This document shows, piece after piece, positions 1 to 14,583 of a stretch of DNA of 64,000 bases (position 1 is the first letter of the stretch; each line of letters begins with the position of its first letter). Below the pieces are notes generated by a model, which saw nothing but the letters and a program-made list of their open reading frames with translations, was not told the DNA's origin and did not search any database. Where the stretch lies: positions 141,877 to 205,876 of the forward strand of contig CAWDCH010000013.1 of NCBI GenBank assembly GCA_963800785.1, given 5' to 3'. Source of the DNA: Vicinamibacteria bacterium. GTDB lineage: Bacteria; Acidobacteriota; Vicinamibacteria; Vicinamibacterales; JAENWD01. Both the position numbers and the translations under genes were made by a program.

Positions 1-1646
1 CGTGCCATCGACAGTCGAACGAGTCAGCACGACCGAGTGTTCATCGGGCGCGGTGGCCTCGACTTCGCCTGCGGCCACCGGTACAAGTGTTCTGCGCAGC
101 GCCAGGAGCGACTCATACAGCCGCAGCACGATGGCATGTTCCGGCTGTTCGCGTTCCTCCCATGCGAGCGCGCTGCGTCGGAACGTGCTTTCGGCCTGCG
201 GATCGGGAATCGCTTCGCGTCGCTCCGGATCGGCGAACGCGCTGAAGTAGCGGAACTCGTGCCTGCGTCCCGCCGTGACGTTCCGCCCCAGCTCGCCGTG
301 GTGATCGGTGAAGTACTGGAACGGCGTGCTGGCGGCGTACTCCTGGCCCATGAAGAGCAGCGGGGTTTCTGGCGCCAGCAGCAGCAAGGTCGAGAGCGCG
401 CGCCACAAAGCCGGATCGATCACGTGGTGCAGGCGGTCGCCCAGCGCCCGGTTGCCGACCTGATCGTGATTCTGGACGCAGATGACGAACCGCCACGGCG
501 CGATCCCTTCCGAGCTTGTGCCACGCGGCTCGCCTCGTCGCCTCGTGGGCTGACCGGTGTAGAACCAGCCCTGTCGCAGAGTGCGCGCGATATCGTTGGC
601 AGTCCCATCGAAGTCGGCGTAGTAGCCCTCGGAGTCGCCGGCAGCGCGCCTGCGAAGTTGATGGTGCAGGTCGTCCGCCCAGACTGCGTCCACTCCCCAA
701 CCGCCTTCTGATTCGGGCTTCAGGATTCCCGCGAGGTTGCGGTCATCCTCGGCGCAGATCCAGATGCGGCGATCGTGAGCGGTCTCCCGGACAGTGGTCG
801 TCAGTTCCGCGACGAAGTGGCGCGGGCTCTCATCGATCAATGCGTGTGTGGCGTCGAGGCGGAGCCCGTCGAACCGGAACTCGTGGATCCAGTACGCCGC
901 ATTCTCGATCAGGAAGGCGCGCACCTCGCGGCTGTGCGATTGATCGAGATTGAGCGCGGATCCCCATGGCGTCTGGTGACGGTCGGTGAAGTAGTACGGG
1001 CTGTATGCCCACAGGTAATTGCCGTCTGGGCCCAGGTGGTTGTAGACGATGTCGAGGATGACCAACAGTCCGAGCCCGTGCGCACTATCGACGAGGCGGC
1101 GGAGATCGTCGGGAGTCCCATAGCAGCGCGCTGGCGCGAACAACGAGACGCCGTCATATCCCCAGTTCCAGCGGCCAGGAAAATCGGCGATCGGCATCAG
1201 CTCGATGGCCGTAATGCCGAGGCGAGCCAGCGATTCGAGCTGCTCGGCGGCCGCGGTGAAGGTGCCTTCGCGCGTGAATGTCCCCACGTGCAGCTCGTAG
1301 ATGACGAGCGCCTCCGCCCCGACGCCCGGCCAGCGATCGACCTTCCAGTCGAAGCCGCAGGAGTCCACGATCGCGGAGGGCCCGTGCACGCCATGGGGCT
1401 GTAGGCGCGACGCGGGATCGGGGAACGGTCCCCGATCGCCGAGCAGATAGCGGTACTCCGTATTCGTCGTGAGATCAGGAAAGACAGCGGCGAAGTAGCC
1501 CGATCCATCTGCCACAAGTGGCCGGGGCGTCTCGCCGTTCTCGACGACGAGGGCGACAGCCGCCGCCTCGGGCGCCCAGACGCGGAAGTGCGTGCCGACC
1601 CCATCGATCCAGGCGCCAAGCGATGGCTTCCATGTCGCGATCGCCG

Positions 1647-1650
<4 letters not shown>
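1..1650 (-). CDS. treZ: malto-oligosyltrehalose trehalohydrolase (TreZ), 3' end outside the window
   Basis: The minus frame with codon first bases at coordinates divisible by 3 is open from the window edge to ATG at 1650. It is absent from the ORF track because its stop lies outside the window. My translation starts [29 protein letters not shown]. Positions 1080-1021 read [20 protein letters not shown], a GH13 region-I motif. ATGA overlap with the glgX stop. Confidence 0.85.
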
Positions 1651-3833
<2,183 letters not shown>

Positions 3834-3925
3834 GAGGATCGTCAGGTTTTGCGGCCGAGCGATCTTATCGTGCGTTGGCCGCCGGTGCCGAGACGCACAA
3901 ATCGGGCCAAGGTTCGCGGGTGGAA

Positions 3926-4735
3926 ACGGATCGGACAAGTCACGGACGGACGCGGATGGCTATGGATCAATAGAAGGTCGCGGAGGGACGCGGGCTACAC
4001 GGACTGATTTTGGGCGGCCAGTCACGGGCAACGCATTGCAGGGGTCGCGCCGAAAACGGAAGCGGGCCAGAGGTCACGGACAAACGCGGATGGTCACGGA
4101 TCGACAGAAGGTCACGGAGGGACGCGGACGGTCACGGATTGACAAGGTCACGGACGGACGCGAACGGTCACGGATTGACAGAAAGTCATGGACAGACGCG
4201 ACGCGGACTTCACGGACTGTTGAACGGGCCGGTCTCGGGCGGCGCATGGTGGGGTCGCGCCGGGGACGGTAACGGATCGGAGGTCACGGACAGACGCGGA
4301 TGGTCACGGATCGACAGAAGGTCAAGGAGGGACGCGGACTACACGGACTGTTGAACGGGCCGGTCTCGGGCAACGCATGGTGGGGTCGCGCCGGGGACGG
4401 TAACAGATCGGAGGTCACGGACAGACGCGGATGGTCACGGATTGACAAAAGGTCACGGACGGACGCGGACGGTCACGGATTGACAGAAAGTCATGGACAG
4501 ACGCGGACTTCACGGACTGTTGACGGCACCGGGCTCGGCACGCATCGTGGGGTCGCGCGTCGGCCGGAGGCCGACGCGGGTCGAGTCGCGAGTGCGGACC
4601 GCAAGCCGCCTTCACCATCCCCACGCGGCTTGCGATCCGCACTCACGACTCGACTCAGCCGCGCGTCGCGTGGCGCGACCCTCGTCGTAGGGTGATGCCC
4701 GGCTGCTTCCGTGAACTTCCGTGTAATCCGTGACC
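3926..4735. repeat. composite word-repeat array (GTCACGG words, 131-bp higher-order repeat, inverted terminal words, 30-bp-arm hairpin)
   Basis: 14 exact and 8 one-mismatch GTCACGG words on the plus strand. Module CACGGACTG...GGGGTCGCGCC occurs at 3998, 4211, 4342 and 4511. Inverted words CCGTGA/CCGTGT/CCGTGACC lie at 4706-4735. Hairpin 4580-4609 / 4625-4654. Confidence 0.9.
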
Positions 4736-7698
4736 TACGAACTTGAAAGAACGGCGACGGGACAAGTGCTCAAGACATTGCCCAAGGCGATCGTAGGGCC
4801 GCTGTCCGTATCAGTAATCGACGGCACTTCGCCCGTGACGACGTTGCGGAGGCCGCTTGCGAAGCTGTCGGGGATACGGACAATCGTGTCCTGCCAAATC
4901 GTATCGGTGATCGGCCAGCCATTCTCGCTGTGAACCGTTGACGCGACGAGGCGCGGCACAATGGTGATAAGGCCACGGCCTCCATCATGACGCGCGTAAG
5001 CCACCACCCGTGCCCAGCGCGCCCCCTCCACGTGTAGCGGCACGTAGCTGCCGTTGAGCATGAGTTGCGGGTGCTGTTGCCGCAGCCGCAGCAACCGCGT
5101 CGTCAGCCACAGCTTGATTCGCCCATCGGGCCACGCCGCCAACAGATCGCTGACGATCGCGCTGAGCGCCAGGCCTCCTGGCGACTCTTCGCATTCCGAG
5201 GTTCCGATCGCGGCCTGAAGCGAGGCAAGGATGTCCCGACGCGCCGCGAAGTCGATCCGCTGGCGGTTGTCGGGATCGACCAGGTGCAGATCCCACAGCT
5301 CGTTCCCCTGGTAGATGTCGGGCACACCAGGGGCCGTGAGTTTGATTGCAAGCTGTGAAAGGCTGTTCACGACGCCGGCGCGAGCGACTCGTCTGGCAAA
5401 CGGCACGAACGCAGGAAGGAATCGTGCGGCATGGGGGCCGTCGAGCGTCTTCTCAATGAAGGTCGTTACCGCGGCGCCGTAGGCCTCATCGGGTGCGATC
5501 CAGCTCGTTCGCAACTTGGCCTCCCGCGTCGCCTTCATCAGAAACGCCGTAAGGCGTGCCGACAAGCCCTCGGGTGCCCTCGACGGGATGGGCGCCCCGG
5601 CGAGTTCCGCTGGCCACACGGACAGCAGCGACTGGTAGTACAAATACTCGTCGTTGTGCTCCGGTGCGGGCAGTGCATCGACGGTGTTTCGCAGTCCCGC
5701 GTTCATCCGCGCCCAGCGCGAGACTGTCTTCGCCCATTCGTCGGCCAGCTCCGACAGCACGTTCAGCCGCGCGCGCGCATCCTCCCCGCGCTTCGTATCG
5801 TGCGTGGCGGTCGTGGTCATGCTGAACGGCCACCGGTCGCGCCGCTCCGCGTTGGCTCGATGGAACGCGTCGATCGTCGTCATCGGCGCCGAGGGGTTAC
5901 CGCCGACCTCGTTCAGCGAGAGGAGCACGTTGTAGCGATAGAACGCCGTGTCCTCGACACCCTTCGCATGGACTGGCCCCGTGAATTGCTGAAACCGCAT
6001 GGTGAACCTGAGACGCTGGTCCATCGGATGGTCCTGCAGCGCAACCGTGTCATCGTGTCTGGCGCGTGCCGCCGCCGAGCCGAGCACGTGGCGGAGAAAG
6101 CCGAACGTCGCGCGTTCAGCAGCAGGATTCCGTCGATCTGCATGCTCGAACGCCGTCTCGATCGCGCGGCGATCGGCATCGCTGGCGCCGTACTCGTCGA
6201 TATAGGTGCGATACACGGGCAAGGCTGCGGCAACTTCCTGGAGCGCGTGGCTCAGCGTCCCGAGCGTGAAGTCGCGTGTCCTCCGATCCTGGTGCGCCAG
6301 GTCGTAGAGGGCATGCGCCAGCACGTTCAGCTCGCTGGCGAGCGTCGTCTGCATGATCAGGCGCTTCCCCTCGACGACCTCTTCTTCGAAGCTCTCCTGA
6401 CGACCGGTAATCCGGCGATATTGGCGCCGCAGACGCCAGAGCCCGTCGGGGTCCACGAACAGACTGTTCACGAGATTCAGGAAGTCGTAGCCCGTCGTGC
6501 CGTGAATCGGCCATGCCGGCAACGATTCGCCTGGCGAGAGAATCTTTTCGGCCAATACGTAGAGCGGCAATTCGCCCGACAGCGAGAGGCTGGAATCCGC
6601 GGAGGCGGGATCGGCGTCGCCATCGGCCGCGAGACGCTGGAGATTGGCAAAGTAGCGTGCCGGATCGAAGAGGCCGTCCGGATGATCGACGCGCACGCCG
6701 GTCACGGCGCCCTCGGCAATCAGCTTTTTCAGGAGACCATGCGTGTCGCGAAACACACGCGGTTCTTCCATGCGCAACGCGGCGAGGTCGTTCACATCGA
6801 AGAACCGCCGATAATTGATCTCGTCGAGCGCGGTTCGCCAGAAGGCGAGCCGGTAAGGCTGATGCTCGAGCAGATCGTGCAGGGGGTCGAAGCTCGCAGC
6901 ATTGCCAGGGGCACCATTGAAATGCCGGACCGCGGCCTCGATGTGTGCTGCGATCTCACCAGAGATCGCAACCAGCTGCAGCAGGCGCCGTCGCGCGACC
7001 TCCTTCTCGCGTTTTCGTTCCTCGATCCGCTCGGGTGTGCGCTCGTCGTACGTCGGCAGGTTCTGCAACGCGGACACGATGCTGAGGAACTCACGCACCT
7101 CGCCGTTGTCTTCGCTCACCCTCGCGCGAAGCGCGTCGAGGTTGTGGCGGTACACCGAGGGCGCCTGCCGCGGGTTGATGGGCAGCATGTGGTCGAAATA
7201 GCGGAGCTGCAGCGCGCCGCTCTCGAACGCCAGCTGCAGGTGGCCCCGTTCGAGCTCGTACCCGTACTGATCGCCCAGGATCGGCAGCAACAGCTTGTCG
7301 CGCATCGCCGACACCACCGGTGTCCAGTCGATGTCGAAGTAGCCAGCGTGCTCGGCGGACGGGCCGTTTTCGAGGACGTCGAACCACCATGCATTCGTGC
7401 GCGCATCCGTGCCCATGTGGTTGGGTACGAAGTCGAGCACTTGTCCCATCCCATGCGCCTGAAGCGCCGCGACAAACGCCTGATAGTCCTCATCGTCGCC
7501 AAGCTCGGGATTGAGGGCATTGTGGTCGCTGATGTCGTAACCGTGGAGCGTGCCTGGCGTCGCCTTCAGATACGGCGAGGCGTAACAGGCGCCGATGCCC
7601 AGCGTTGCTAAGTAGGGGACGAGCGCAGCCGCATCACGAAACGTGAAGCCTGTATGAAACTGCAGGCGATAGGTGCTCGACGGCACTCGCGCGATCAC
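4735..7698 (-). CDS. treY: malto-oligosyltrehalose synthase (TreY)
   Basis: 987-aa ORF. N-terminus [39 protein letters not shown], plus [10 protein letters not shown] and [12 protein letters not shown] overlap with the treS stop. Confidence 0.9.
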   Translation of the reverse strand: MIARVPSSTYRLQFHTGFTFRDAAALVPYLATLGIGACYASPYLKATPGTLHGYDISDHNALNPELGDDEDYQAFVAALQAHGMGQVLDFVPNHMGTDARTNAWWFDVLENGPSAEHAGYFDIDWTPVVSAMRDKLLLPILGDQYGYELERGHLQLAFESGALQLRYFDHMLPINPRQAPSVYRHNLDALRARVSEDNGEVREFLSIVSALQNLPTYDERTPERIEERKREKEVARRRLLQLVAISGEIAAHIEAAVRHFNGAPGNAASFDPLHDLLEHQPYRLAFWRTALDEINYRRFFDVNDLAALRMEEPRVFRDTHGLLKKLIAEGAVTGVRVDHPDGLFDPARYFANLQRLAADGDADPASADSSLSLSGELPLYVLAEKILSPGESLPAWPIHGTTGYDFLNLVNSLFVDPDGLWRLRRQYRRITGRQESFEEEVVEGKRLIMQTTLASELNVLAHALYDLAHQDRRTRDFTLGTLSHALQEVAAALPVYRTYIDEYGASDADRRAIETAFEHADRRNPAAERATFGFLRHVLGSAAARARHDDTVALQDHPMDQRLRFTMRFQQFTGPVHAKGVEDTAFYRYNVLLSLNEVGGNPSAPMTTIDAFHRANAERRDRWPFSMTTTATHDTKRGEDARARLNVLSELADEWAKTVSRWARMNAGLRNTVDALPAPEHNDEYLYYQSLLSVWPAELAGAPIPSRAPEGLSARLTAFLMKATREAKLRTSWIAPDEAYGAAVTTFIEKTLDGPHAARFLPAFVPFARRVARAGVVNSLSQLAIKLTAPGVPDIYQGNELWDLHLVDPDNRQRIDFAARRDILASLQAAIGTSECEESPGGLALSAIVSDLLAAWPDGRIKLWLTTRLLRLRQQHPQLMLNGSYVPLHVEGARWARVVAYARHDGGRGLITIVPRLVASTVHSENGWPITDTIWQDTIVRIPDSFASGLRNVVTGEVPSITDTDSGPTIALGNVLSTCPVAVLSSS

Positions 7699-10600
7699 GC
7701 GCCCGGCCCTTTGTCGAGCAACTCGATCAGCCCGGCGAGCGGGATGTGCAGCCAGTCCGGCCGGTTGTTCAGTTCATACCGCAGCTCGTACAGCGCTTTC
7801 TCAATCAGGTAGATGCGGGAGAGTGCCGTGAAGCTGTCGAGCCCTTCGGGGACGAAGAGCGCAGAACGCGCCGCGGCGCGATACGCCTCCACGAAGATGC
7901 GGCTGACGTTCGTCTCCCAGAATCGCGCCCACGCCACCAGCTTGGTGCCGTCCTCTGGATGATGCGCTCGCCACGCGGTCAGCGCCGCCTGCGACGCGTA
8001 GCTGAACGAGCGGACCATGCCCGCAACATCCTTCAGCGGCGCCTGCCGCAGCCGCCGCTCGGGAAGCGCTCGGCCCGGCTCACCTTCGAAGTCGATGATG
8101 TAGAAATCTCCGCTGTCCCACAGCACCTGGCCAAGGTGGTAATCGCCGTGGATGCGCGTTTTCACCAGCCCTTGGGGGATGGTCGCGAGCAGCTGATCCA
8201 GATCGTTGACGACGTCGGGCAAGAATCTCGCAACGACCGTCGCCATCTCCTGAGCCATCGGCGCCAGCGTGGGCAGTTGGGTGACCAGCAGTTGACCCGT
8301 CTGCGTGGCCAGCGTGCGAATCCCCGCGATGGTCGCCGAGAGATCCTCGGGCGTCAGCGGCTCGGGCTCGAAATCGTTGACACCCTTCGCGCTGGCCATC
8401 GCCAGGTGCAAATCTGCCGTGCGTCGTCCTAGCCGGAGCACGGCATCGACATACCAGCCAAGACGATCGACCACGCCCTGGGAAACGCGCACATTGCCGG
8501 GAAGGAGCAGGCCCACTTCTGCGGCGATTTCGCCGATGTCCGGTGGCGGACCTGCTTCCGCGGCGGCGTTCTCGAGATAGCGGCCCGCTTCGCTGAGCGC
8601 CTGTTCCCAACCCGTCGCCTGGTAGTGGACTAGACCATGGAGGACGCCCAGCGTCGACCGCGTTCCATCGCCCTCCTCGTACTCGATGGCGCCACCGAGG
8701 CGCGGCGCGCGCGGGAACTGCACGCGCTCCGTGAGGTGATAACTGATTTCGAGCTCGGGGTTCGGCCCGGGCTCGACGCGCCGAATCAGCTTCAGGATCA
8801 GTTGCTCGCCGAAGATGAACGAGGTATTGCTCTGTTCGCTGGACGATCGATGGACCGGCAACGGCACGGCGGGGTCGACCGGTCCTCGCAGGGAATCGAA
8901 TGCGCTTGTCCGGCTGGCGACGAATCGCCCCTCGCGGCCGTCGAAGGAGAACCCGGCCGCGATGGCATCGAGAAGCAGGGAGGCGACCCCCCAATCGAGT
9001 CGTTCGTGCAGCACGCCTTTTCTGGCTCCGCTCACGCGGGCAATCACGAGTTCCGGCGATTCGCGTAAGAGGTCGTCGGCTGCCTTGCCGCCAAGGAACG
9101 CCATCGGCAGGACGTAGACTTCGGAGCCGCCGTCGCGGTAGTGCACGTCGAGCAGAGTGAGAAAGACCGGATCGGGTCCGCCGCGGACGAGCGCGTGATC
9201 GCGAATCAGGACCTGGCTGAGCGGACGCGCCTTGGCGGCGAACCAGCGACGTGTCGCCAGGTGGACCGGCAAGTAGTCGCGCTCCAGGATCTCGTGGGTC
9301 GCGGTCGTAAACGCGGTATCCCAGACAACACCGAGCAGGAGCGGCGGCAGATCGAGCGCGCCCGGCGGCTTCGGCGCCGATCGCGGCGCCGGCCGCTCGA
9401 CGACTGGAGGCGCGGGCGCCTCCGCCAGCTGAAACCAGTAGAAGCCGTAGGGGGCGAGCGTCAGAAAGTAGGGAAGGTCGCCTATCCGCGGGAACTCCGT
9501 GCTGCCAACCATCTCGATAGGCACGCGGCCGCTCCAGGCGCGCAGATCGAGCTCGGCCGGTTGCGCCGTCCGTGCGAGATTGGCGACACAGAAGATGGTC
9601 TCCCCGTCATATTCGCGAGCATAGGCAAGGATCTTCCGGTTCGGCGGCGAGACGAAGCGAATGCTGCCGCGTCCGAAGGTGCGGTGACGCGCACGCAATG
9701 CGATGATCCGCTTCATCCAGTTCAGGAGGGACGAGGGCGAGCGTTCCTGCGCCTCGACATTGAGCGCCTGATATCCCCACACCGGATCCATCACAAGCGG
9801 GGCGAAGAGTCGCGCGGGATCGGCGCGTGAGAAGCCGCCATTGCGATCCGACGTCCACTGCATCGGCGTGCGCACGCCGTTACGATCGCCGAGATAAATG
9901 TTGTCGCCCATCCCGATCTCGTCGCCGTAATAGATGACTGGCGTACCGGGCAGCGAAAAGATCAGGCCGTTCATCAGCTCGATCCGCTGGCGGTTGTTCT
10001 CCATCAGCGGCGCCAGGCGACGACGGATGCCGACGTTAATCCGCATCTGCGGGTCAGTCGCGTACGCCTGATACATGTAGTCGCGCTCTTCGGCGGTCAC
10101 CATCTCGAGCGTCAGCTCGTCGTGGTTCCGCAGGAAGATCGCCCACTGACACGCCGCGGGAATTTCCGGCGTCTGGCTCACGATGTCCGCAATCGGATGC
10201 CGGTCCTCCTGCCGGAGCGCCATGTAGATGCGGGGCATCAACGGGAAGTTGAATGCCATGTGGCATTCATCGCCGGATCCGAAATACGCACAGACATCGC
10301 CCGGCCACTGATTGGCCTCGGCCAGCAGCATGCGGTTGGAGTAGTTGCCGTCTATCTCGGCCCGCAGCTCTTTCAGTACCAGGTGGGTCTCGTAAAGGTT
10401 CTCGCAACTCGTGCCTTCACGCTCGATCAGGTACGGCACCGCATCGAGCCGCATGCCATCGACACCCATGTCGAGCCAGAACCGCATGATCTTCTGCACC
10501 GCGCGGCGCACGTGCGGGTTGTCGAAGTTGAGATCGGGCTGGTGATGAAAGAAGCGGTGCCAGTAATAGGCATTGGCCGCCGGATCCCAGGACCAGTTCG

Positions 10601-11066
10601 AGGTCTCGGTGTCGGTGAAGATGATGCGGACGCCCTCGTATTTATGCTTGGTATCGCTCCAGACGTAGTAGTTCCGCTTGGTCGAATCCGCCGGTGCGCG
10701 CCTGGCCGCCTGGAACCAGGGATGCTGATCGGAGGTGTGGTTGATGACGAGCTCCGTCACCACCTGCAGCCCGTGCTCGTGGGCCTCCCGCAGGAACATT
10801 CGAAAATCCTTCAACGTGCCGTAGCTCGGATGCACTCCCTCGTAGTGGGCGATGTCGTAGCCGTCATCGCGCAGCGGCGACGGGTAGAACGGCAGCAGCC
10901 AGACGCACGAGACGCCGAGGCTCTTGATGTAGCTGAGCTTCTCCGTCAACCCGCGGAAATCACCGATGCCATCGCCATTGCTGTCGTGGAAGGCGCGGAC
11001 GTGAACCTGATAGATGACGGCGTCCTTGTACCAGAGTGGGTCGGTCGCGCTGCCCGGCCGAATCAT
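7695..11066 (-). CDS. treS: trehalose synthase fused to maltokinase (TreS-Pep2/Mak)
   Basis: 1123-aa ORF. The N-terminal GH13 part has [38 protein letters not shown] and [10 protein letters not shown]. The C-terminal ~450 aa is kinase-like ([19 protein letters not shown]). Confidence 0.9.
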   Translation of the reverse strand: MIRPGSATDPLWYKDAVIYQVHVRAFHDSNGDGIGDFRGLTEKLSYIKSLGVSCVWLLPFYPSPLRDDGYDIAHYEGVHPSYGTLKDFRMFLREAHEHGLQVVTELVINHTSDQHPWFQAARRAPADSTKRNYYVWSDTKHKYEGVRIIFTDTETSNWSWDPAANAYYWHRFFHHQPDLNFDNPHVRRAVQKIMRFWLDMGVDGMRLDAVPYLIEREGTSCENLYETHLVLKELRAEIDGNYSNRMLLAEANQWPGDVCAYFGSGDECHMAFNFPLMPRIYMALRQEDRHPIADIVSQTPEIPAACQWAIFLRNHDELTLEMVTAEERDYMYQAYATDPQMRINVGIRRRLAPLMENNRQRIELMNGLIFSLPGTPVIYYGDEIGMGDNIYLGDRNGVRTPMQWTSDRNGGFSRADPARLFAPLVMDPVWGYQALNVEAQERSPSSLLNWMKRIIALRARHRTFGRGSIRFVSPPNRKILAYAREYDGETIFCVANLARTAQPAELDLRAWSGRVPIEMVGSTEFPRIGDLPYFLTLAPYGFYWFQLAEAPAPPVVERPAPRSAPKPPGALDLPPLLLGVVWDTAFTTATHEILERDYLPVHLATRRWFAAKARPLSQVLIRDHALVRGGPDPVFLTLLDVHYRDGGSEVYVLPMAFLGGKAADDLLRESPELVIARVSGARKGVLHERLDWGVASLLLDAIAAGFSFDGREGRFVASRTSAFDSLRGPVDPAVPLPVHRSSSEQSNTSFIFGEQLILKLIRRVEPGPNPELEISYHLTERVQFPRAPRLGGAIEYEEGDGTRSTLGVLHGLVHYQATGWEQALSEAGRYLENAAAEAGPPPDIGEIAAEVGLLLPGNVRVSQGVVDRLGWYVDAVLRLGRRTADLHLAMASAKGVNDFEPEPLTPEDLSATIAGIRTLATQTGQLLVTQLPTLAPMAQEMATVVARFLPDVVNDLDQLLATIPQGLVKTRIHGDYHLGQVLWDSGDFYIIDFEGEPGRALPERRLRQAPLKDVAGMVRSFSYASQAALTAWRAHHPEDGTKLVAWARFWETNVSRIFVEAYRAAARSALFVPEGLDSFTALSRIYLIEKALYELRYELNNRPDWLHIPLAGLIELLDKGPGA

Positions 11067-13090
11067 GCGGAGAGCCTCTCGAGACGGAAGATGTGCGCCG
11101 GCACCTGCGCTCTCGGATCGAGACGCACGTAGTTGCGATCGCCCCGCCAGGTGTAGGCGTTCCCGCTCAGCAAGTCTCTGACCAGGTAGCCGCCGGGATC
11201 AAGGCCATAGCGCAACGGATCGAACGACACGAACCCTTGCTGCATATTGAACGGATCGAGGTTTACGACCACAAGCAGCGCGGGCGACTGATCGCCGGCG
11301 CTCTTCACGTAGGCGATGATTTCCCAGTTGTCGCAGCCGACGAAGCGTAAACCCTCGGTCGTCTGCAGCGCCGGGTTGTCGCGCCGGATTCGGTTCACGA
11401 GGGCAATCAGCGGTGTCAGTGTTTGCGGTGCCTCCCAGTCACGCGGCTTGAGCTGAAACTTCTCCGAATCGAGGTATTCCTCGGATCCCTGTCGCACGGC
11501 AACGTTTTCGACCAGTTCGTAGCCGCTATAAATGCCGTAGCTCGCGCCGAGCGTCGCCGCGAGGACGAAGCGCGCCTGAAATGCCGGGCGGCCTCCGCGC
11601 TGCAGATAGTCGGTGAGGATATCCGGTGTGTTGGCGAAAAGGTTGGGCCTGAGGTACTCGCGGACCGACGTCGTCGTCAGCTCGGTGAAGTATTCCTCGA
11701 GCTCGGCGCGCGTGTTGCGCCAGGTGAAATAAGTGTACGACTGCGTGAATCCTATCTTGGCAAGATACCGCATGATCTTCGGGCGAGTGAACGCCTCGGA
11801 CAGGAAGATCGTGTCGGGAAACCGTTCCTGGACATCGGCGATCATCCACTGCCAGAACGCAAGCGCTTTCGTGTGTGGATTGTCGACGCGAAAGATCCGG
11901 ACACCCTTCTGGCACCAGAAGACGACGACGTCGCGGAGCGCAGCCCACAGCTCCCGCCAGGCCTCGGTGTCGAAGTTGATCGGATAGATGTCCTGATACT
12001 TCTTGGGTGGATTCTCTGCGTATTTGATCGTGCCGTCCGGGCGATGCCGGAACCACTCGGGATGTTCGCGCACCCATGGGTGATCGGGCGAACACTGGTA
12101 GGCAAGGTCGAGCGCCACCTCGAGGCCTTCACGCTCGGCCGCGCCGCGGAACGTCGCGAAATCATCGAAGGTGCCGAGTCCAGGATCGATGGCGGTGTGG
12201 CCCCCCGCCGGGCTGCCGATCGCCCAGGGGCTGCCGGGGTCGTCCGGCCCGGCGATCAGCGCATTGTTCCGTCCCTTCCGATGCGTGGTACCAATCGGAT
12301 GAACCGGCGGAAGATAGACGACATCGAAGCCCATCGCGGCTACCGCGGGTAGCCGCCGAGCCGCTTCGCTCAATGTGGCACCGCGTGAAGGATCAGGACT
12401 ATACGAGCGCGGAAAGAGCTCGTACCACGCGCCCGTGCGAGCGCGTACGCGTTCCACGCGCGCCCGGAACGTCGCCGACGCCGCCGCATGCAGACGCTGG
12501 TCGGCGGCGGCCATATCGACGGCGAGGTCCTCCAGAAGCGCTGTCGCCACGCGCTCCGACTGACCGGCCGCGCCGGTGAGGACGTCGGCCGTCGCGCGCA
12601 GCTGCGGCGCCAGCGTCGCTTCCCCACGATCAGCCGCCAATCGCAGCAGCTGAGCGCCTTCCTCGAGCTCGCTCGAAACGTCGAGGCCACCCTCGTGCTT
12701 CTTCCGCAGCTCGTCGCGCCAGCTTCCGAATCGGTCGACCCATGCCACGACCGCGTACTCGCACCAACCCTGCTCGGACAGATCAACGGTGGCCGTCCAC
12801 GCATCGTTGCCGAGTGGCGAGAGGCGAATCTCGCTCCACGGACCGGGTTTGCCTCGCTCGAATGGGGTATGCCGGGTGCGGAGGAGCGCACGCAGCGAGT
12901 CGTGGCCGTCGGCGAAAATGTCCGCAGTGACGCGGAGCGGCTCGCCGACGACGCGCTTGATCGGATAGCGACTGTCGTCGACACGAGGGGCAACGTTCTC
13001 GATGACCACGCGGATGCGGCCATCGAGTGAGGGTGGCGGCGCATGGCCGGACGCACGAGGCATGCCCGTACTTACTATCGCCTCTTTCAT
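11063..13090 (-). CDS. glgE: alpha-1,4-glucan:maltose-1-phosphate maltosyltransferase (GlgE)
   Basis: 675-aa ORF with [36 protein letters not shown] and [13 protein letters not shown]. An alternative start lies 9 codons downstream. Confidence 0.9.
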   Translation of the reverse strand: MKEAIVSTGMPRASGHAPPPSLDGRIRVVIENVAPRVDDSRYPIKRVVGEPLRVTADIFADGHDSLRALLRTRHTPFERGKPGPWSEIRLSPLGNDAWTATVDLSEQGWCEYAVVAWVDRFGSWRDELRKKHEGGLDVSSELEEGAQLLRLAADRGEATLAPQLRATADVLTGAAGQSERVATALLEDLAVDMAAADQRLHAAASATFRARVERVRARTGAWYELFPRSYSPDPSRGATLSEAARRLPAVAAMGFDVVYLPPVHPIGTTHRKGRNNALIAGPDDPGSPWAIGSPAGGHTAIDPGLGTFDDFATFRGAAEREGLEVALDLAYQCSPDHPWVREHPEWFRHRPDGTIKYAENPPKKYQDIYPINFDTEAWRELWAALRDVVVFWCQKGVRIFRVDNPHTKALAFWQWMIADVQERFPDTIFLSEAFTRPKIMRYLAKIGFTQSYTYFTWRNTRAELEEYFTELTTTSVREYLRPNLFANTPDILTDYLQRGGRPAFQARFVLAATLGASYGIYSGYELVENVAVRQGSEEYLDSEKFQLKPRDWEAPQTLTPLIALVNRIRRDNPALQTTEGLRFVGCDNWEIIAYVKSAGDQSPALLVVVNLDPFNMQQGFVSFDPLRYGLDPGGYLVRDLLSGNAYTWRGDRNYVRLDPRAQVPAHIFRLERLSA

Positions 13091-13155
13091 CGGCGCAAGC
13101 CCGGCCGTGTTTGTGTTAGGGGGCTGAGGCTGTTAAGAATGTAAGAGCGCATCAC

Positions 13156-14574
13156 GTGACGCTTTACCTCCTTAACAGCGTCGGACCCTTAAAACCCTAT
13201 AACCCCGTGGCAAAAATCGCCAACACTATCCTCGACACCATCGGGCACACGCCGATGGTCCGGATCAACCGGATCGCGCGCGACGTGCCCGGCACCGTAC
13301 TGGTCAAGCTCGAGACGTTCAACCCTGGCAACTCGATCAAGGACCGCATGGCGGTCAGAATGATCGAGGACGCCGAGCGCGCGGGGCTGCTCAAGCCTGG
13401 CGGCACCATCATCGAGGGGACCTCCGGCAACACCGGGATGGGTTTGGCCATTACGGCGGTCGTCAAAGGCTATCGCTGTATCTTCACGACGACTGATAAG
13501 CAGTCCAAGGAGAAAATTGACGCGCTGAAGGCGTTCGGGGCCGAGGTGATCGTCTGCCCCACGAACGTCGATCCGGAGGACCCGCGTTCGTACTACTCGG
13601 TGTCCTCGCGGCTCGTGAAGGAAGTGCCGAACAGCTGGAAGGCGAACCAATACGACAACCCATCGAACACGCAGGCCCACTACGCGCAGACCGGCCCGGA
13701 GATCTGGGATCAGACGGCCGGCAAGGTCACCCACCTCGTCGTCGGAGTGGGTACCGGCGGGACTGCCAGTGGAGTGGGTAGGTATCTCAAGGAGAAAAAT
13801 CCTGCGATCAAGGTCTGGGGGATCGACACCTACGGATCGGTGTTCAAGAAGTACAAAGAGACGGGCATCTTCGACAAAGGCGAGATCTACCCGTATATCA
13901 CCGAAGGGATCGGTGAGGATTTCCTGCCTCAGAACGTGGACTTCAGCGTCATCGATCACTTCGAGAAGGTGACCGACCGCGATGCCGCCATCATGACGCG
14001 GCGCATCGCGCGCGAAGAGGGCATCTTCGCCGGAAATTCCGCCGGCTCTGCGATGGCGGGCCTTCTCCAGCTGAAGGACCGCTTCACCTCCGACGATGTC
14101 ATCGTGGTCATTTTCCACGATCACGGCTCGCGCTACATGGCGAAGATGTTCAACGACGATTGGATGCGCGAGAAGGGGTTCCTCGAGCGCAGCGGCATGC
14201 GCGCGGCCGACCTCGTGGCGTCAGGACTGTCCGGAGAGCTGTGCTCGATCGAAGCATCGCAGCCGGTCGAGGCGGCAGTTCGATTGATGCGCGATCACGA
14301 CTTCTCGCAGATCTCGATCACGCGTGAAGGCCGGCTCATCGGGTCGCTGAACGAAACCCGCCTCTACGACGAGCTAGTGCGGCAGCCGGGTGTGAAGACG
14401 CAACCGGTGGAGGCCATCATGCAGCCGGCATTTCCGTTCGTCGACATCTCGACGAACGTCGAGCTGCTCTCCACGATGATCACCCACGAGAACCCTGCGG
14501 TCCTCGTACGCGATTTCAAGACGGACAAGACGTTCATCATCACGCGGTCGGATCTCATCCGCGTCCTCGTCTAG
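13156..14574 (+). CDS. cystathionine beta-synthase-like PLP enzyme with C-terminal CBS pair
   Basis: 472-aa ORF with GNSIKDRM, TSGNTGMGLA and GVGTGGT, then a tandem CBS-domain region. An in-frame GTG at 13207 is an alternative start. Confidence 0.85.
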   Translation: MTLYLLNSVGPLKPYNPVAKIANTILDTIGHTPMVRINRIARDVPGTVLVKLETFNPGNSIKDRMAVRMIEDAERAGLLKPGGTIIEGTSGNTGMGLAITAVVKGYRCIFTTTDKQSKEKIDALKAFGAEVIVCPTNVDPEDPRSYYSVSSRLVKEVPNSWKANQYDNPSNTQAHYAQTGPEIWDQTAGKVTHLVVGVGTGGTASGVGRYLKEKNPAIKVWGIDTYGSVFKKYKETGIFDKGEIYPYITEGIGEDFLPQNVDFSVIDHFEKVTDRDAAIMTRRIAREEGIFAGNSAGSAMAGLLQLKDRFTSDDVIVVIFHDHGSRYMAKMFNDDWMREKGFLERSGMRAADLVASGLSGELCSIEASQPVEAAVRLMRDHDFSQISITREGRLIGSLNETRLYDELVRQPGVKTQPVEAIMQPAFPFVDISTNVELLSTMITHENPAVLVRDFKTDKTFIITRSDLIRVLV

Positions 14575-14583
14575 CGAGGCGCG

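Noticed and set aside
3926-4735. Possible CRISPR array
   Set aside because: The repeats are short (7-20 nt), variable and contiguous. They are not 25-40-nt identical repeats separated by unique spacers. No cas genes are nearby.
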